A DNA stretch of 64,000 nucleotides, taken from the IMG/VR virus record IMGVR_UViG_3300032240_000979, positions 2,722 through 66,721 of that record, one strand, 5' to 3'. Source of the DNA: a virus. The translations under genes were made by a program, and so were the position numbers. This document shows, one piece after another, positions 32,401 through 40,893 of this stretch. Numbering within the stretch: position 1 is the stretch's first letter; every line of letters starts with the position of its first letter. The notes under the pieces are model-generated. The model was given only the letters and a program-made list of their open reading frames with translations, was not told the DNA's origin and ran no database searches.

Positions 32401-35056
32401 TGGAAATAAATGGACTGCTGGAAATTCTTTGGGATATTCGACTTATGGATTTCCAAAAAACTTTTATGTAAAAAATGCAGAAGGAAACAAGATACCAACT
32501 ACAGAATCTTTGACTTACGAATCAATCTATTGGACATTTAGATCATTAGGAATTAGCAAAATTCATGTTGGAGAAGGTCCACTCGGAGAAAGCAATTTAG
32601 CTACACTCGCAGAAAGCGAAGGATTAGGTTATAGCGGATTGATTTACGGAACTGGTTATCCTATTGGTTATTATAATTTAAACGTAGATACATCAGCAAG
32701 GCATTTAGATTTGCTTTCTGTTGGAAGTTCTTATGTGTTGAGTGGTTCTGGCGTTGAGCCAAAATACTATAAAACTATCGCAACAAAAGAAGAAGAAACA
32801 AATCAATATAGTATTGTTGGACTGCAATATATGCCAGATAAAGAAAGCTTTGTTGAAAGAGAAATTGCGGATAATTCACCAAGCCAATATATTTCTTCGC
32901 CTTACGATAAGATCATAAAACCAGATCCAGTATCAGCTATCACAAATACAGGAATATACGGAGGAACTGGATTAGATGTTACTTGGCAGCAGGTAACAAC
33001 TACGCCAATTAACGGTTATAAAATTTATGTAAGCAGACCAGACTATTCAAATAGTAATGATTCCGCTTTAACTGAATTTTTTGCTGTTCCATCTGGAACT
33101 AATAAAGTTACTATCCCAATAAACGAAAAATGGGGCCAATACGATATTGATATTTATAGTCAAGGAATTACTCCGTATAAATTCTTGTCTGATGGAGCTG
33201 CATCAATAGCTATACAAGTTTTACCAGAGCCAACGCTGCAAATTGGCGGAACAACAGTTAATTCTGTATTAATAAGCGGAATTAAATTAGATACAGCTGA
33301 CACAGATAGCTTGAGATATGATATTGGTTATAAATCTTCTGCTTTTTGCTTTACTGGCGTTGGCGCAGGTAATTTTACATCTGCTGATTTAACATTTAGA
33401 TGGAAGTATATTGATCCGACAGGAGGAATAGTATCGAATGTCGATCAAATGAGACGTAATCCGTTTGTTGAATTTCCGCCAAAAGTTACTTTGGAAATTA
33501 TTAATGAAGGTGGAGCGGTCTTAGAAACAGTAAAACAATATCAAGGATTCTCTTACAGAATAGATGAAAATGCTAATAAAAAATTAGTCAGCAGAGAACA
33601 AACTAACTATCAAAACGTACAAGCGTCCAGAAACTTAGGTCTTAGAATTAAAATTGAAGATACTAACAATAGATCATTTACTGGAATTTACCAAGCAAAT
33701 AATGTTATTCCTTCATATCAAGAAATCGAAGTTATAGATTCTTATCAGAACTCGCCGTATCAAATTCTTTCTGGTATCTATGGAAATGAATCTTACCAAA
33801 GATTAGCTGTATGGAACAGCGGCGTAAATAACGTAGTTACTGGTTCTGGATTAAGAAATAGTGCTGGTATGTTATTAAGAAGCGAAGAAGAAACAGATGT
33901 TTCTTATGGAGATATTGTCTTTGCGTTTCTTAGCGCAACAGGTTTCAACGGAGTGGACGAAGGTGCTACTCCTTCTGTTGCTGGCATCACAATCAATTAC
34001 AGAGGCGACGGTGATCCAGATTACGAAGCTTACGTTAATTTGTACGGAGATTTATTGAATTTTTACAATAAGAATGTCGATAAATCAAAATCCAAAGAAG
34101 TTTTTGGATTAGAACATTATACAGCTTACGGACAAAATGAAGGCAGAGAACTGCCGAAAACTAAAAATAATCCAATGGGAATAGCTGATTTAAATGCTGT
34201 TCCTAGTAACAAAGTAGGATTTTCTGGAATTGCAATGACAGTTCTGCCAGAAAAAGTATCGTTTAATAAAGTTGTATTTAATTGCTTTTCCGCAGTGTCG
34301 AATAAAGATATCTATAAAGTAGATATATATACAGGTGATGCGTCTGATTTCGTAGCTGATACATCAAAGAAAACTAACTATCATAAAGAATATATAATTA
34401 ATGATACTAGAAAGTATCTTAATGTAATAGAATTAAGCGACGAATCAATAGAAAGAGAAAAATGGTATTACTATAAATTCTTACCTTATGATGATTTCGG
34501 CGTTGGTATTATGTCTCCTACTTGCAGCGGTTATTTAATTAACGAAGCAAGAGAAAGTATAACAAAATCATACAAGAAAAAAACTCTTAATGGAAATGCC
34601 GATGAAGGTAATATTGATGCGGCTAATATGGTTCAAGATGTTAGATATAAAATTGTAACACTAGGAACAATCAACTGGAACGTAATTGGGCTTAATGCAG
34701 CCACAGTAGCGGAAATAAATGTAGAATTTATTTACAACGGAGAAACTATAACAGGAAGCAACGGCGTAGTTCAAAGAATAGAAAAACCTGAAATCATCGC
34801 ACCAGCAGAAATTGACATATTCCATATTTTTGACACAAAGAGTAATTCTACTGTTGTAATTCCAGAAGATGTTGTAGAAGGTTCTACGTTAAACTTTGTA
34901 AATGTTGGAGAACACGATATTTATGTCAACAATCCAGACGGAGATACAGCTAACGGTGAAAGTATAACTGTATTGAAGCCTAAAGAAAGAGTTGAACTAT
35001 TTAAAGTAAACGGAATCTGGATTGACCCAAGAGGAGACAACCTCTACTTGGATTAA
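29444..35056 (+). CDS. tail tip/host specificity protein J, main part (vWA-like, FN3 and CBM-like inserts)
   Basis: SYPMAAHVGLKFDS, VKVPSNY, WDGTFKIAWTDNPAWVLYD, LEPRYTCN and AAGCTSRSEAKRIG lambda-J motifs. Confidence 0.92.
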   Translation: MNDIDNQSSSVEGDISPIVQNDMLSADIVLPPSVNGKDRFIAIEKKSPETINPLVKREVSVEAVIEVIDRNFSYPMAAHVGLKFDSRTFSNIPSKKFDVKMKKVKVPSNYYPIGGNGLDRRYVYPNPDYDADPNTLDVVFMVDQNMNFATRALLKRNLKDIISKLISGYKYTRASIWQTSNTKNTIIDKSSGDTINNFTYYPENDSNQGAFFEVETPDSDGTNNTNLYKKLFDALSLTQISTNPDETIIANYFLRKSQFAITDTVGTSSETATLRHVWENTVRKIIYFSGSTPETMTQNTYDILLSHARENCVSVYYFHNDSDFSGTRTLRELAEDTGGGKFSMLHDSDVKLTQFCDNNFYDSNKIYYGDWDGTFKIAWTDNPAWVLYDIITDPNYGLGNYIDSKAVDKWTLYDIGRYCDCVDDDGRFRGVPDGKGGLEPRYTCNIIFYNKDEAYNVLKDISAVFKGILYWTTEGFSFFADMPKQAVMQFANSSVKDGVFNYEDTAKNLRYTSVEVTYNDRYDFYKPKVEYVEDSEGIIKYGLNPFKINAAGCTSRSEAKRIGRYVMSTSMHESEVVTFTAGIEGSYLQIGDLFMVSDEIKNVARTFGRILDVDSANKTIKIDGEFQEGLASGIFVHIPSGNYKVSDLNRLNNSDGNFTGTLENIRARRQSQLKQLNIKHVQDDTYGCTLTVTGNFLMDSVITDVHLEEGRYSGAVTTGGSVLTGIIYTFPENTVVDGNPTWDTLSYQQVTGVFNQVGLDVDLIGEAGTGQLIAPVANNWLGKIDYKLNGSNSFFYTNGSAQVEVNTNAIAIAEISATNGSRINSGTVSNLDDVWSSSVYTSATTGNVIAIFSRGAVISNSYAASNANWKNLAATEVFKIGKNISATSTSFGYAAAFIKGGYRIIERASKNLSDQGSLTFYYRDLLALSKLRPYYTISQADIGNNQATNLKDWTFDFPYKVGDRVKNNGNVYLCVQDHKSPATFEVGNKWTAGNSLGYSTYGFPKNFYVKNAEGNKIPTTESLTYESIYWTFRSLGISKIHVGEGPLGESNLATLAESEGLGYSGLIYGTGYPIGYYNLNVDTSARHLDLLSVGSSYVLSGSGVEPKYYKTIATKEEETNQYSIVGLQYMPDKESFVEREIADNSPSQYISSPYDKIIKPDPVSAITNTGIYGGTGLDVTWQQVTTTPINGYKIYVSRPDYSNSNDSALTEFFAVPSGTNKVTIPINEKWGQYDIDIYSQGITPYKFLSDGAASIAIQVLPEPTLQIGGTTVNSVLISGIKLDTADTDSLRYDIGYKSSAFCFTGVGAGNFTSADLTFRWKYIDPTGGIVSNVDQMRRNPFVEFPPKVTLEIINEGGAVLETVKQYQGFSYRIDENANKKLVSREQTNYQNVQASRNLGLRIKIEDTNNRSFTGIYQANNVIPSYQEIEVIDSYQNSPYQILSGIYGNESYQRLAVWNSGVNNVVTGSGLRNSAGMLLRSEEETDVSYGDIVFAFLSATGFNGVDEGATPSVAGITINYRGDGDPDYEAYVNLYGDLLNFYNKNVDKSKSKEVFGLEHYTAYGQNEGRELPKTKNNPMGIADLNAVPSNKVGFSGIAMTVLPEKVSFNKVVFNCFSAVSNKDIYKVDIYTGDASDFVADTSKKTNYHKEYIINDTRKYLNVIELSDESIEREKWYYYKFLPYDDFGVGIMSPTCSGYLINEARESITKSYKKKTLNGNADEGNIDAANMVQDVRYKIVTLGTINWNVIGLNAATVAEINVEFIYNGETITGSNGVVQRIEKPEIIAPAEIDIFHIFDTKSNSTVVIPEDVVEGSTLNFVNVGEHDIYVNNPDGDTANGESITVLKPKERVELFKVNGIWIDPRGDNLYLD

Positions 35057-36108
35057 AGCTTAATATCAAAAACAGATTCATCCATCTTGTTATCTACGCC
35101 TTTAACGTAGGACGAGATTTCTGTTTCTTGAGGAGCGACTTGAATCTTCTTACTGTCATAGAAGCTATCAAGCCATCCAGAAAGCGGATTACTTTTGACG
35201 TTGTAAATCTTCTTATAACCCATTGAAGTTAAACGGTTATCAGCAAGCCATTCAACATAGTTTTTAAGTGAATCAGAAGTCAAACCAATTAAACTGCCGC
35301 GAGAGAAAAGATAATCAGCCCATTCTTTTTCCGCATCAACTGCCATACGGTACGCTTCATAAATGCGACCTTCATTCTTTTCAATTATTTCTTGAAAACC
35401 TTCCTTTGGATTATCACGAAGAATTTTAAAGATATTCTGTGTGATAGCAACATGAAGGTTTTCGTCTCTGGAGATAAGATTGATAATCTTTGCATTTCCT
35501 TCCATCTTACCGCGATAACCGAAATAGAACGAGCAAGCAAATGAAACATAGAAAGTAAGACCTTCGGTAATTTGAGTCGCCAATAAAGCATCAAAGATTT
35601 GTTGTTTAGGATCATCGCTCTTGGTATTCAAGAGCGCATCATATCGGCTAGAAATAGCTTCTGCACGTTTAACAATCTCTTTATCTTCCAAGATAGAATC
35701 AAAAAATTTGGTCGCGTCAGGATGCACGTTTTGAAGAATGTAAGTATAGCTATTGCTATGAATAGTTTCAAAGAAAGACCATACATTCATACAAATTTCA
35801 AGCTCTGGATTGCTAACGTAATCAGCAAGAGAGTTAATGCTGCGCGAAAGCATAGAGTCAGTCATAGTTTGAAAGCGAAGATTGCTATCAAAAACAAAAC
35901 GTTCTTCTGGAGATAAGTTTTTGTAATCAGCAGAATCTTTAGTAAGATTAACCTCTTGTGGTCGCCAAAAAAAGTTCATCTGTTTATCATAAAGATCATA
36001 GAACTTTGGATACTTCAAGCGGTCATAACGCTGAATAGCTAAATCTTCGCCAAGGAAGATTGGCTGTTTAAGGGAATCTGTGTTTATTGTGTTTAATACT
36101 GTTTTCAT
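35053..36108 (-). CDS. nrdB: ribonucleotide reductase class Ia beta subunit
   Basis: FFWRPQEV, QTMTDS, FETIHSNSY, EGLTFYVSF, RDENLH and VAPQETE motifs; start trimmed to MKTVLN. Confidence 0.96.
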   Translation of the reverse strand: MKTVLNTINTDSLKQPIFLGEDLAIQRYDRLKYPKFYDLYDKQMNFFWRPQEVNLTKDSADYKNLSPEERFVFDSNLRFQTMTDSMLSRSINSLADYVSNPELEICMNVWSFFETIHSNSYTYILQNVHPDATKFFDSILEDKEIVKRAEAISSRYDALLNTKSDDPKQQIFDALLATQITEGLTFYVSFACSFYFGYRGKMEGNAKIINLISRDENLHVAITQNIFKILRDNPKEGFQEIIEKNEGRIYEAYRMAVDAEKEWADYLFSRGSLIGLTSDSLKNYVEWLADNRLTSMGYKKIYNVKSNPLSGWLDSFYDSKKIQVAPQETEISSYVKGVDNKMDESVFDIKL

Positions 36109-36118
36109 GTTTTTGTTT

Positions 36119-38413
36119 TTATAATGTGCAAGCTCCACTGGAGCAGTTATCTACTTCTGGTTCTGGCTCTGACTCTACTTTTTTAACTTCTGTGGCCGAG
36201 CCAAGTACGGTTTGCGTATCACCATCAAATGTATTTGTATAGTAAAGATTTTTGATACCATACTTGTAAGCTAAGAGAATATCACGAACAAGTTCAGTTT
36301 GCGGAGGAACTTTATTTGGATAGTTAGCGGTATTGTAGTATAAATTTGTTGACATACTCATATCTACGAATTTTTGAATAGCGGCAGCTATTTTAAGATA
36401 GCCATCATTACTTGGCATTTCAGAAGCAATAGTATAATGCTGCTTGTGCTCTTTAATATTTGGCACTACAACAGAGATAACACCAGCTTTTGAACGTTTA
36501 AACGAAATCAGAGAGCGAGGAGGTTCAATACCGTTTGTTGAAGACTGGATTACAGAACTGGATTCAACAGGCATAATAGCTGTCAAGGTGCTGTGACGCA
36601 TACCGTGTTGAGCGATATCTTTACGAAGACCTTCCCAATCACAATGAAGTTTTTCTGTAACGAACTCATCGACATTCTTGCAGTAAGTGTCAATCGGCAA
36701 TACGCCTTGAGAAAATTTGGTCAGATGGAACTTCTCGCACTTACCTTTTTCTTTAGCGACTTCAACAGAGGCTTTGATAAGATTATAGCTGATAGATTCC
36801 ATAAGTGCAGCTACCTTATTCGGAGCTTGCTTATCAAAATACTTCATTTCATTATCGGCTAACCAAGCGGCCAAATTGGTAATACCGACACCAAGACTAC
36901 GACGTTTTTTAGCAAAGTTTTCTGCTGCTGGAACGAAATAATTTTGATGGTCGATAAGTTCTTCAAGCATACGAACAATAACGTCACATACTAATTCCAT
37001 TTCATCTTCTGAGATTTCCAGAAGATTGACAGCAGAAAGGATACAAACTCCGATTTCTCCATCTTTGTCGTTAACGTCTTTGATTGCGGTTAAAGGATGA
37101 TTAACTTCTAAGCAAAGATTAGCGGTATCAACTTGCTCAGTCCAAGAACCATGAGAATTAGCATGGTCAATATTCATTAAATAAATGCGGCCAGTTTCTA
37201 CACGTTCCTTAGAGAACAAGAAAAGAATATCTCTAGCATTAACTACTTTTTTAAATTTAATTTTATTATTGTTTTCTGCGGCTTCGTAAAGTTCTTTGAA
37301 ACCTTCCATGCCGAAATTGTTCCAGAGTTCAGGAACTTCATGGTAAGAAAACAAGGTTACTGTCTTATTGGACATGGCGCGATCATAGAATAAACGATCA
37401 AAACCAATGCAGTAATCGAGTTTACGAACACGATTATCATCAGTACCAGCATTATTCTTGAGAACCATAATATCCTCAATGTCATGGTGGAACCAAGCAA
37501 CATTAACTGTTGCAGAGCCGCCGCGAATACCGTTTTGATGGCAAGATTTAACGGTAGATTCAAACATCTTCAAGAACGGAATCGGGCCAGTATGACTGAC
37601 CATGCCGCCTTTAACTGGACTGTTTACGGCGCGAATACGGCTAACATTCATGCCAATACCGTAACGGTTAGCGGTAGCTAGACCAACAGCGGTATTATTG
37701 CCAAAAATCGAATCTAAAGTATCATCAACAGTGAACAGCGCGCATGAAGCATAAGACTTCAAAGTTGTGCGAACACCAGCCATAATCGGCGTAGGAAGGT
37801 TGATCTTGTGTTGGCTGAAATAATTATAAGCTCTCTTGACGTATTGAAGTCTGTTTGAGGTATAATTCTTAAACAGAGTCATAGCAATCAGCATATAAGC
37901 AAATTGCGGTGTTTCGTAGATTTCCTTTGTAGTGCGGTTTTGAACTAAGTATTTCTCGCACAACTGTTTAATACCAGCATAAGTGAACGAAAAATCACGG
38001 TCATGTTTTAAATACTCGTCAATCTTATGGAACTCTCTTTCATCGTACCACTTAAGAATCTCGGCATCATAAATACCCGAATTAATGTTTTCCTTTACAA
38101 AATCAATAAGCTTTGGCGCGTTTCTGCCGCCCCAAACTTCTTTACGAAGCTGATAGCTTTGCAAACGAGAAGCAACGTATTGATACTGAGGTTTTTCCTC
38201 AGAAATAAGATTAGCGGCAGACTCGATCAAAGTATTGTGAACATCTTTGGAAGATATTCCGTCAAAGAAAGATAGATTAGCATTAATTCCTACTTCTTCA
38301 AAAGAAGTATTGCTAATACCTTCACAAGCCCAAGCTAAAACTTTATTGATTTTGTCAGCATCGAATTTTTCAACTTCGCCGCTTCTTTTTTTTACATTCA
38401 TTAATTTTTTCAT
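36119..38413 (-). CDS. nrdA: ribonucleotide reductase class Ia alpha subunit with ATP cone
   Basis: VKKRSG ATP cone, PTPIMAG, ASC, NLCLE, MPVESSS, NGIEPP, KNLYY and C-terminal CSSGAC. Confidence 0.97.
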   Translation of the reverse strand: MKKLMNVKKRSGEVEKFDADKINKVLAWACEGISNTSFEEVGINANLSFFDGISSKDVHNTLIESAANLISEEKPQYQYVASRLQSYQLRKEVWGGRNAPKLIDFVKENINSGIYDAEILKWYDEREFHKIDEYLKHDRDFSFTYAGIKQLCEKYLVQNRTTKEIYETPQFAYMLIAMTLFKNYTSNRLQYVKRAYNYFSQHKINLPTPIMAGVRTTLKSYASCALFTVDDTLDSIFGNNTAVGLATANRYGIGMNVSRIRAVNSPVKGGMVSHTGPIPFLKMFESTVKSCHQNGIRGGSATVNVAWFHHDIEDIMVLKNNAGTDDNRVRKLDYCIGFDRLFYDRAMSNKTVTLFSYHEVPELWNNFGMEGFKELYEAAENNNKIKFKKVVNARDILFLFSKERVETGRIYLMNIDHANSHGSWTEQVDTANLCLEVNHPLTAIKDVNDKDGEIGVCILSAVNLLEISEDEMELVCDVIVRMLEELIDHQNYFVPAAENFAKKRRSLGVGITNLAAWLADNEMKYFDKQAPNKVAALMESISYNLIKASVEVAKEKGKCEKFHLTKFSQGVLPIDTYCKNVDEFVTEKLHCDWEGLRKDIAQHGMRHSTLTAIMPVESSSVIQSSTNGIEPPRSLISFKRSKAGVISVVVPNIKEHKQHYTIASEMPSNDGYLKIAAAIQKFVDMSMSTNLYYNTANYPNKVPPQTELVRDILLAYKYGIKNLYYTNTFDGDTQTVLGSATEVKKVESEPEPEVDNCSSGACTL

Positions 38414-38485
38414 ATTGAAACCAAAATAGGTAAGATAATTTACAGGTTAAACAGACTTTAATTTTAAACAAACTTCTTTAAGAAA

Positions 38486-38956
38486 CTATTTATAGTTCTT
38501 AACGAAATTGAGTGTATCCACATTGAATCCATTGTTCATATAAAACATTTGGACTCTAGGATCACCGCCATGACTAATGTAGGAGCAGTTTAGAAAGTCA
38601 AGGCTTTTTTCTTGAATAAATTCTTCTACGGCAGAAATTACCTTAATGCCGTCTAGAGAAGACTTTCCGCAAGTAACCCAAATGATTTCTTGCACGCCTT
38701 TCCTGCCACTAACCCAATCAGAGCTAACTAGACCAGCAAAAATTGAATTAGGTTTTCCGTTTCTAAAATAAACGAAGAAAACAGCGTCGTCCTTGAGGGT
38801 AAGCAAAGTGGTAACTAGTCTATCTTTTAGGTACTCTAAATTCCACTCTGCTCCCCAATGCTTTTGGATCTTGCATATGTTTTGGACCCGCTCGGTCAAA
38901 GACATTTCGTCAAGAATAGCTTTAAGCTCTGAAGCTTTAACGATTCTCTTGACCAT
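38486..38956 (-). CDS. GNAT-fold protein
   Basis: QEIIWV, VISAVEEFIQEK and FYMNNGF pattern. Confidence 0.5.
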   Translation of the reverse strand: MVKRIVKASELKAILDEMSLTERVQNICKIQKHWGAEWNLEYLKDRLVTTLLTLKDDAVFFVYFRNGKPNSIFAGLVSSDWVSGRKGVQEIIWVTCGKSSLDGIKVISAVEEFIQEKSLDFLNCSYISHGGDPRVQMFYMNNGFNVDTLNFVKNYK

Positions 38957-38957
38957 A

Positions 38958-39737
38958 TTAGATAAACTTAATTAAAGCGCGAGCTTCTTTAACAGGAATA
39001 TCAGTCCAAGTCTTCCATTTAGAAGCGTCTTCATTGCGATATGTTTCAGACTTCCAAAGGCTGCGTAAGAATTCTTTAAAGCTTTCAAATTCATCTCCAC
39101 CAGAATTATGTTCGGAATCTTTAAATTTATTCTTTAAAACTCCTTGAGGAGTAATATCGCTTAAACTTTCGCTTGAGGCAATTACTTTGCTAGAACCTTT
39201 TTTGTCGATTTCATCTTCACCGACGATATGGATGCCAAGATAATTGCGGACAGCGCGAACAAAAGCTCGGTTAGCGGCGATTGTCTCTAAGAACTTTTGA
39301 CCAAAACCATCAGTATTTTCGGAAGTAGCGTTAGCAACATCCATATAAGAATTAGATTCCCAAGTGTCCATGCCTTCAATTTGATTAGTGCTTTCAAAAT
39401 TAGTAATCCAATTAATGCGACAGGTAGCAACAACATAATCTCTTTCTAATTTAGGAAATTGAAAGTCAATACTGCTGTAACCGCGAAGTTTAGCGACCTC
39501 TTTAATTCCAGCAAGCTTGATTAAAAGCTTATTATCCTCTAATCCTTCAATAGAATCTGGAACAGGCTTACCAAAGCGCTCAAACGCACCTTTGTTTGGG
39601 TAAAGATGTGCTGGTTTAACCATAGCTCGCCAGTTAATCGAGCCATCTTGATTGAAGATGTAGTTGACATTATTTAACAACCCTCGTTCGTCACGAATGG
39701 TCGGCTTGTTGAATGGTTTTGTGTTTGAGTCGTTCAT
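38958..39737 (-). CDS. hypothetical protein, possibly Rad52/Sak-like ssDNA annealing fold
   Basis: LAGIKEVAKLRG...VATCRINW...ANAT...LETIAANRAFVRAVRNYLGI pattern; function inferred. Confidence 0.45.
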   Translation of the reverse strand: MNDSNTKPFNKPTIRDERGLLNNVNYIFNQDGSINWRAMVKPAHLYPNKGAFERFGKPVPDSIEGLEDNKLLIKLAGIKEVAKLRGYSSIDFQFPKLERDYVVATCRINWITNFESTNQIEGMDTWESNSYMDVANATSENTDGFGQKFLETIAANRAFVRAVRNYLGIHIVGEDEIDKKGSSKVIASSESLSDITPQGVLKNKFKDSEHNSGGDEFESFKEFLRSLWKSETYRNEDASKWKTWTDIPVKEARALIKFI

Positions 39738-40893
39738 CTTTTATAATATGGAAGTGATCTAATTCCTCCCAGAAGATAGGATCATTTACGACTTTCGCCA
39801 ATCTGTCAAGCTTTGGTTGATTATTTTTCCAAGCTAACTTACTGGCGAATACTTTTTCTTCTGAAAGGATTATCTTTTCAGAGGAAAACAAACACGTTTC
39901 ATCTATCATGTCAATAGCTTTTACGGATTTTTTATCGAAAGTTTCGTCTTTCTCCAAGCCAAAATCAAAGAATTTTTCAGCCAATGTTCCCCAATTCTCA
40001 TCATCTTTAGCAATTAAATCAATTTTAATTCCAAGAGATTTTATATCCTTGAGGTATTCGAGAGTGATAGATTCATTGGCGATGATTGTGATACCGTGAA
40101 CTTTAGACTTAATCGCATTGATAACGTTGATGGGAATTTCTTTATCTGTAATTATGTTAAGGAAACTGATTGAAGCCAAACGAACGAGATTGGTTTCAGA
40201 GTAATGGTAATCCATTCTAATGTTGCAGATTTTATCCTTAATGATTGCTGGGGCCATCAAAGAATCAGGAACAATTTCAATCGTAGGTTTGTGATACAGG
40301 TCGCCAATATAAAGAGTCTTTACTTTATGTAAGTCGTTTTCGATGCCAAGTTGATTTAAAGCTGCTCTAGCTAGTACCTCTGGCATGAACGTGTTAATCT
40401 TCTTGTTTTCCTCTGTAAGCGAAAAGGATGGCTTGCCTTGGGTCTTCCAGTCAACTTCAAGCAGCGTTTGGTTCGCTGGGTCACCCCAAAACGGTTTGCA
40501 GTTCTGAGCATAGCAATAAGGATACATTGCTACGATCTTTGTGTTGAAATGACCAGCAAAGTGAGCGGATAAACTGTCAATACCAAGATAAAGAGAAGCG
40601 TTCTTGATCAAATAGGCTAATTGAGACAGAGAAGTTTTGCCTCTCAAGTCCATATCGACTGCGCCTACCGATTGATCTGATTCAATTCCAACGTGAATGA
40701 TTTTGTAATCAGTGGTATATTCTCTGATATGGGTAAATACCTTAGTCCAGTAATCGTACTGGCGAGAATTGCCTTTGCCGCTTGTTTGAAAAACGATATA
40801 CTTCTCAACAGCTAACGGATAATAAGCTTCGTTAACAACAGGCTTATCAATTAAAACGCCGCAGGATAGTGCGTAACGATTAAGTAAGTGCAT
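39691..40893 (-). CDS. GT9 (heptosyltransferase-like) C-terminal domain protein
   Basis: DLRGKTSLSQLAYLIKNASLYLGIDSLSAHFAG GT9 C-terminal signature. Confidence 0.8.
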   Translation of the reverse strand: MHLLNRYALSCGVLIDKPVVNEAYYPLAVEKYIVFQTSGKGNSRQYDYWTKVFTHIREYTTDYKIIHVGIESDQSVGAVDMDLRGKTSLSQLAYLIKNASLYLGIDSLSAHFAGHFNTKIVAMYPYCYAQNCKPFWGDPANQTLLEVDWKTQGKPSFSLTEENKKINTFMPEVLARAALNQLGIENDLHKVKTLYIGDLYHKPTIEIVPDSLMAPAIIKDKICNIRMDYHYSETNLVRLASISFLNIITDKEIPINVINAIKSKVHGITIIANESITLEYLKDIKSLGIKIDLIAKDDENWGTLAEKFFDFGLEKDETFDKKSVKAIDMIDETCLFSSEKIILSEEKVFASKLAWKNNQPKLDRLAKVVNDPIFWEELDHFHIIKDERLKHKTIQQADHS

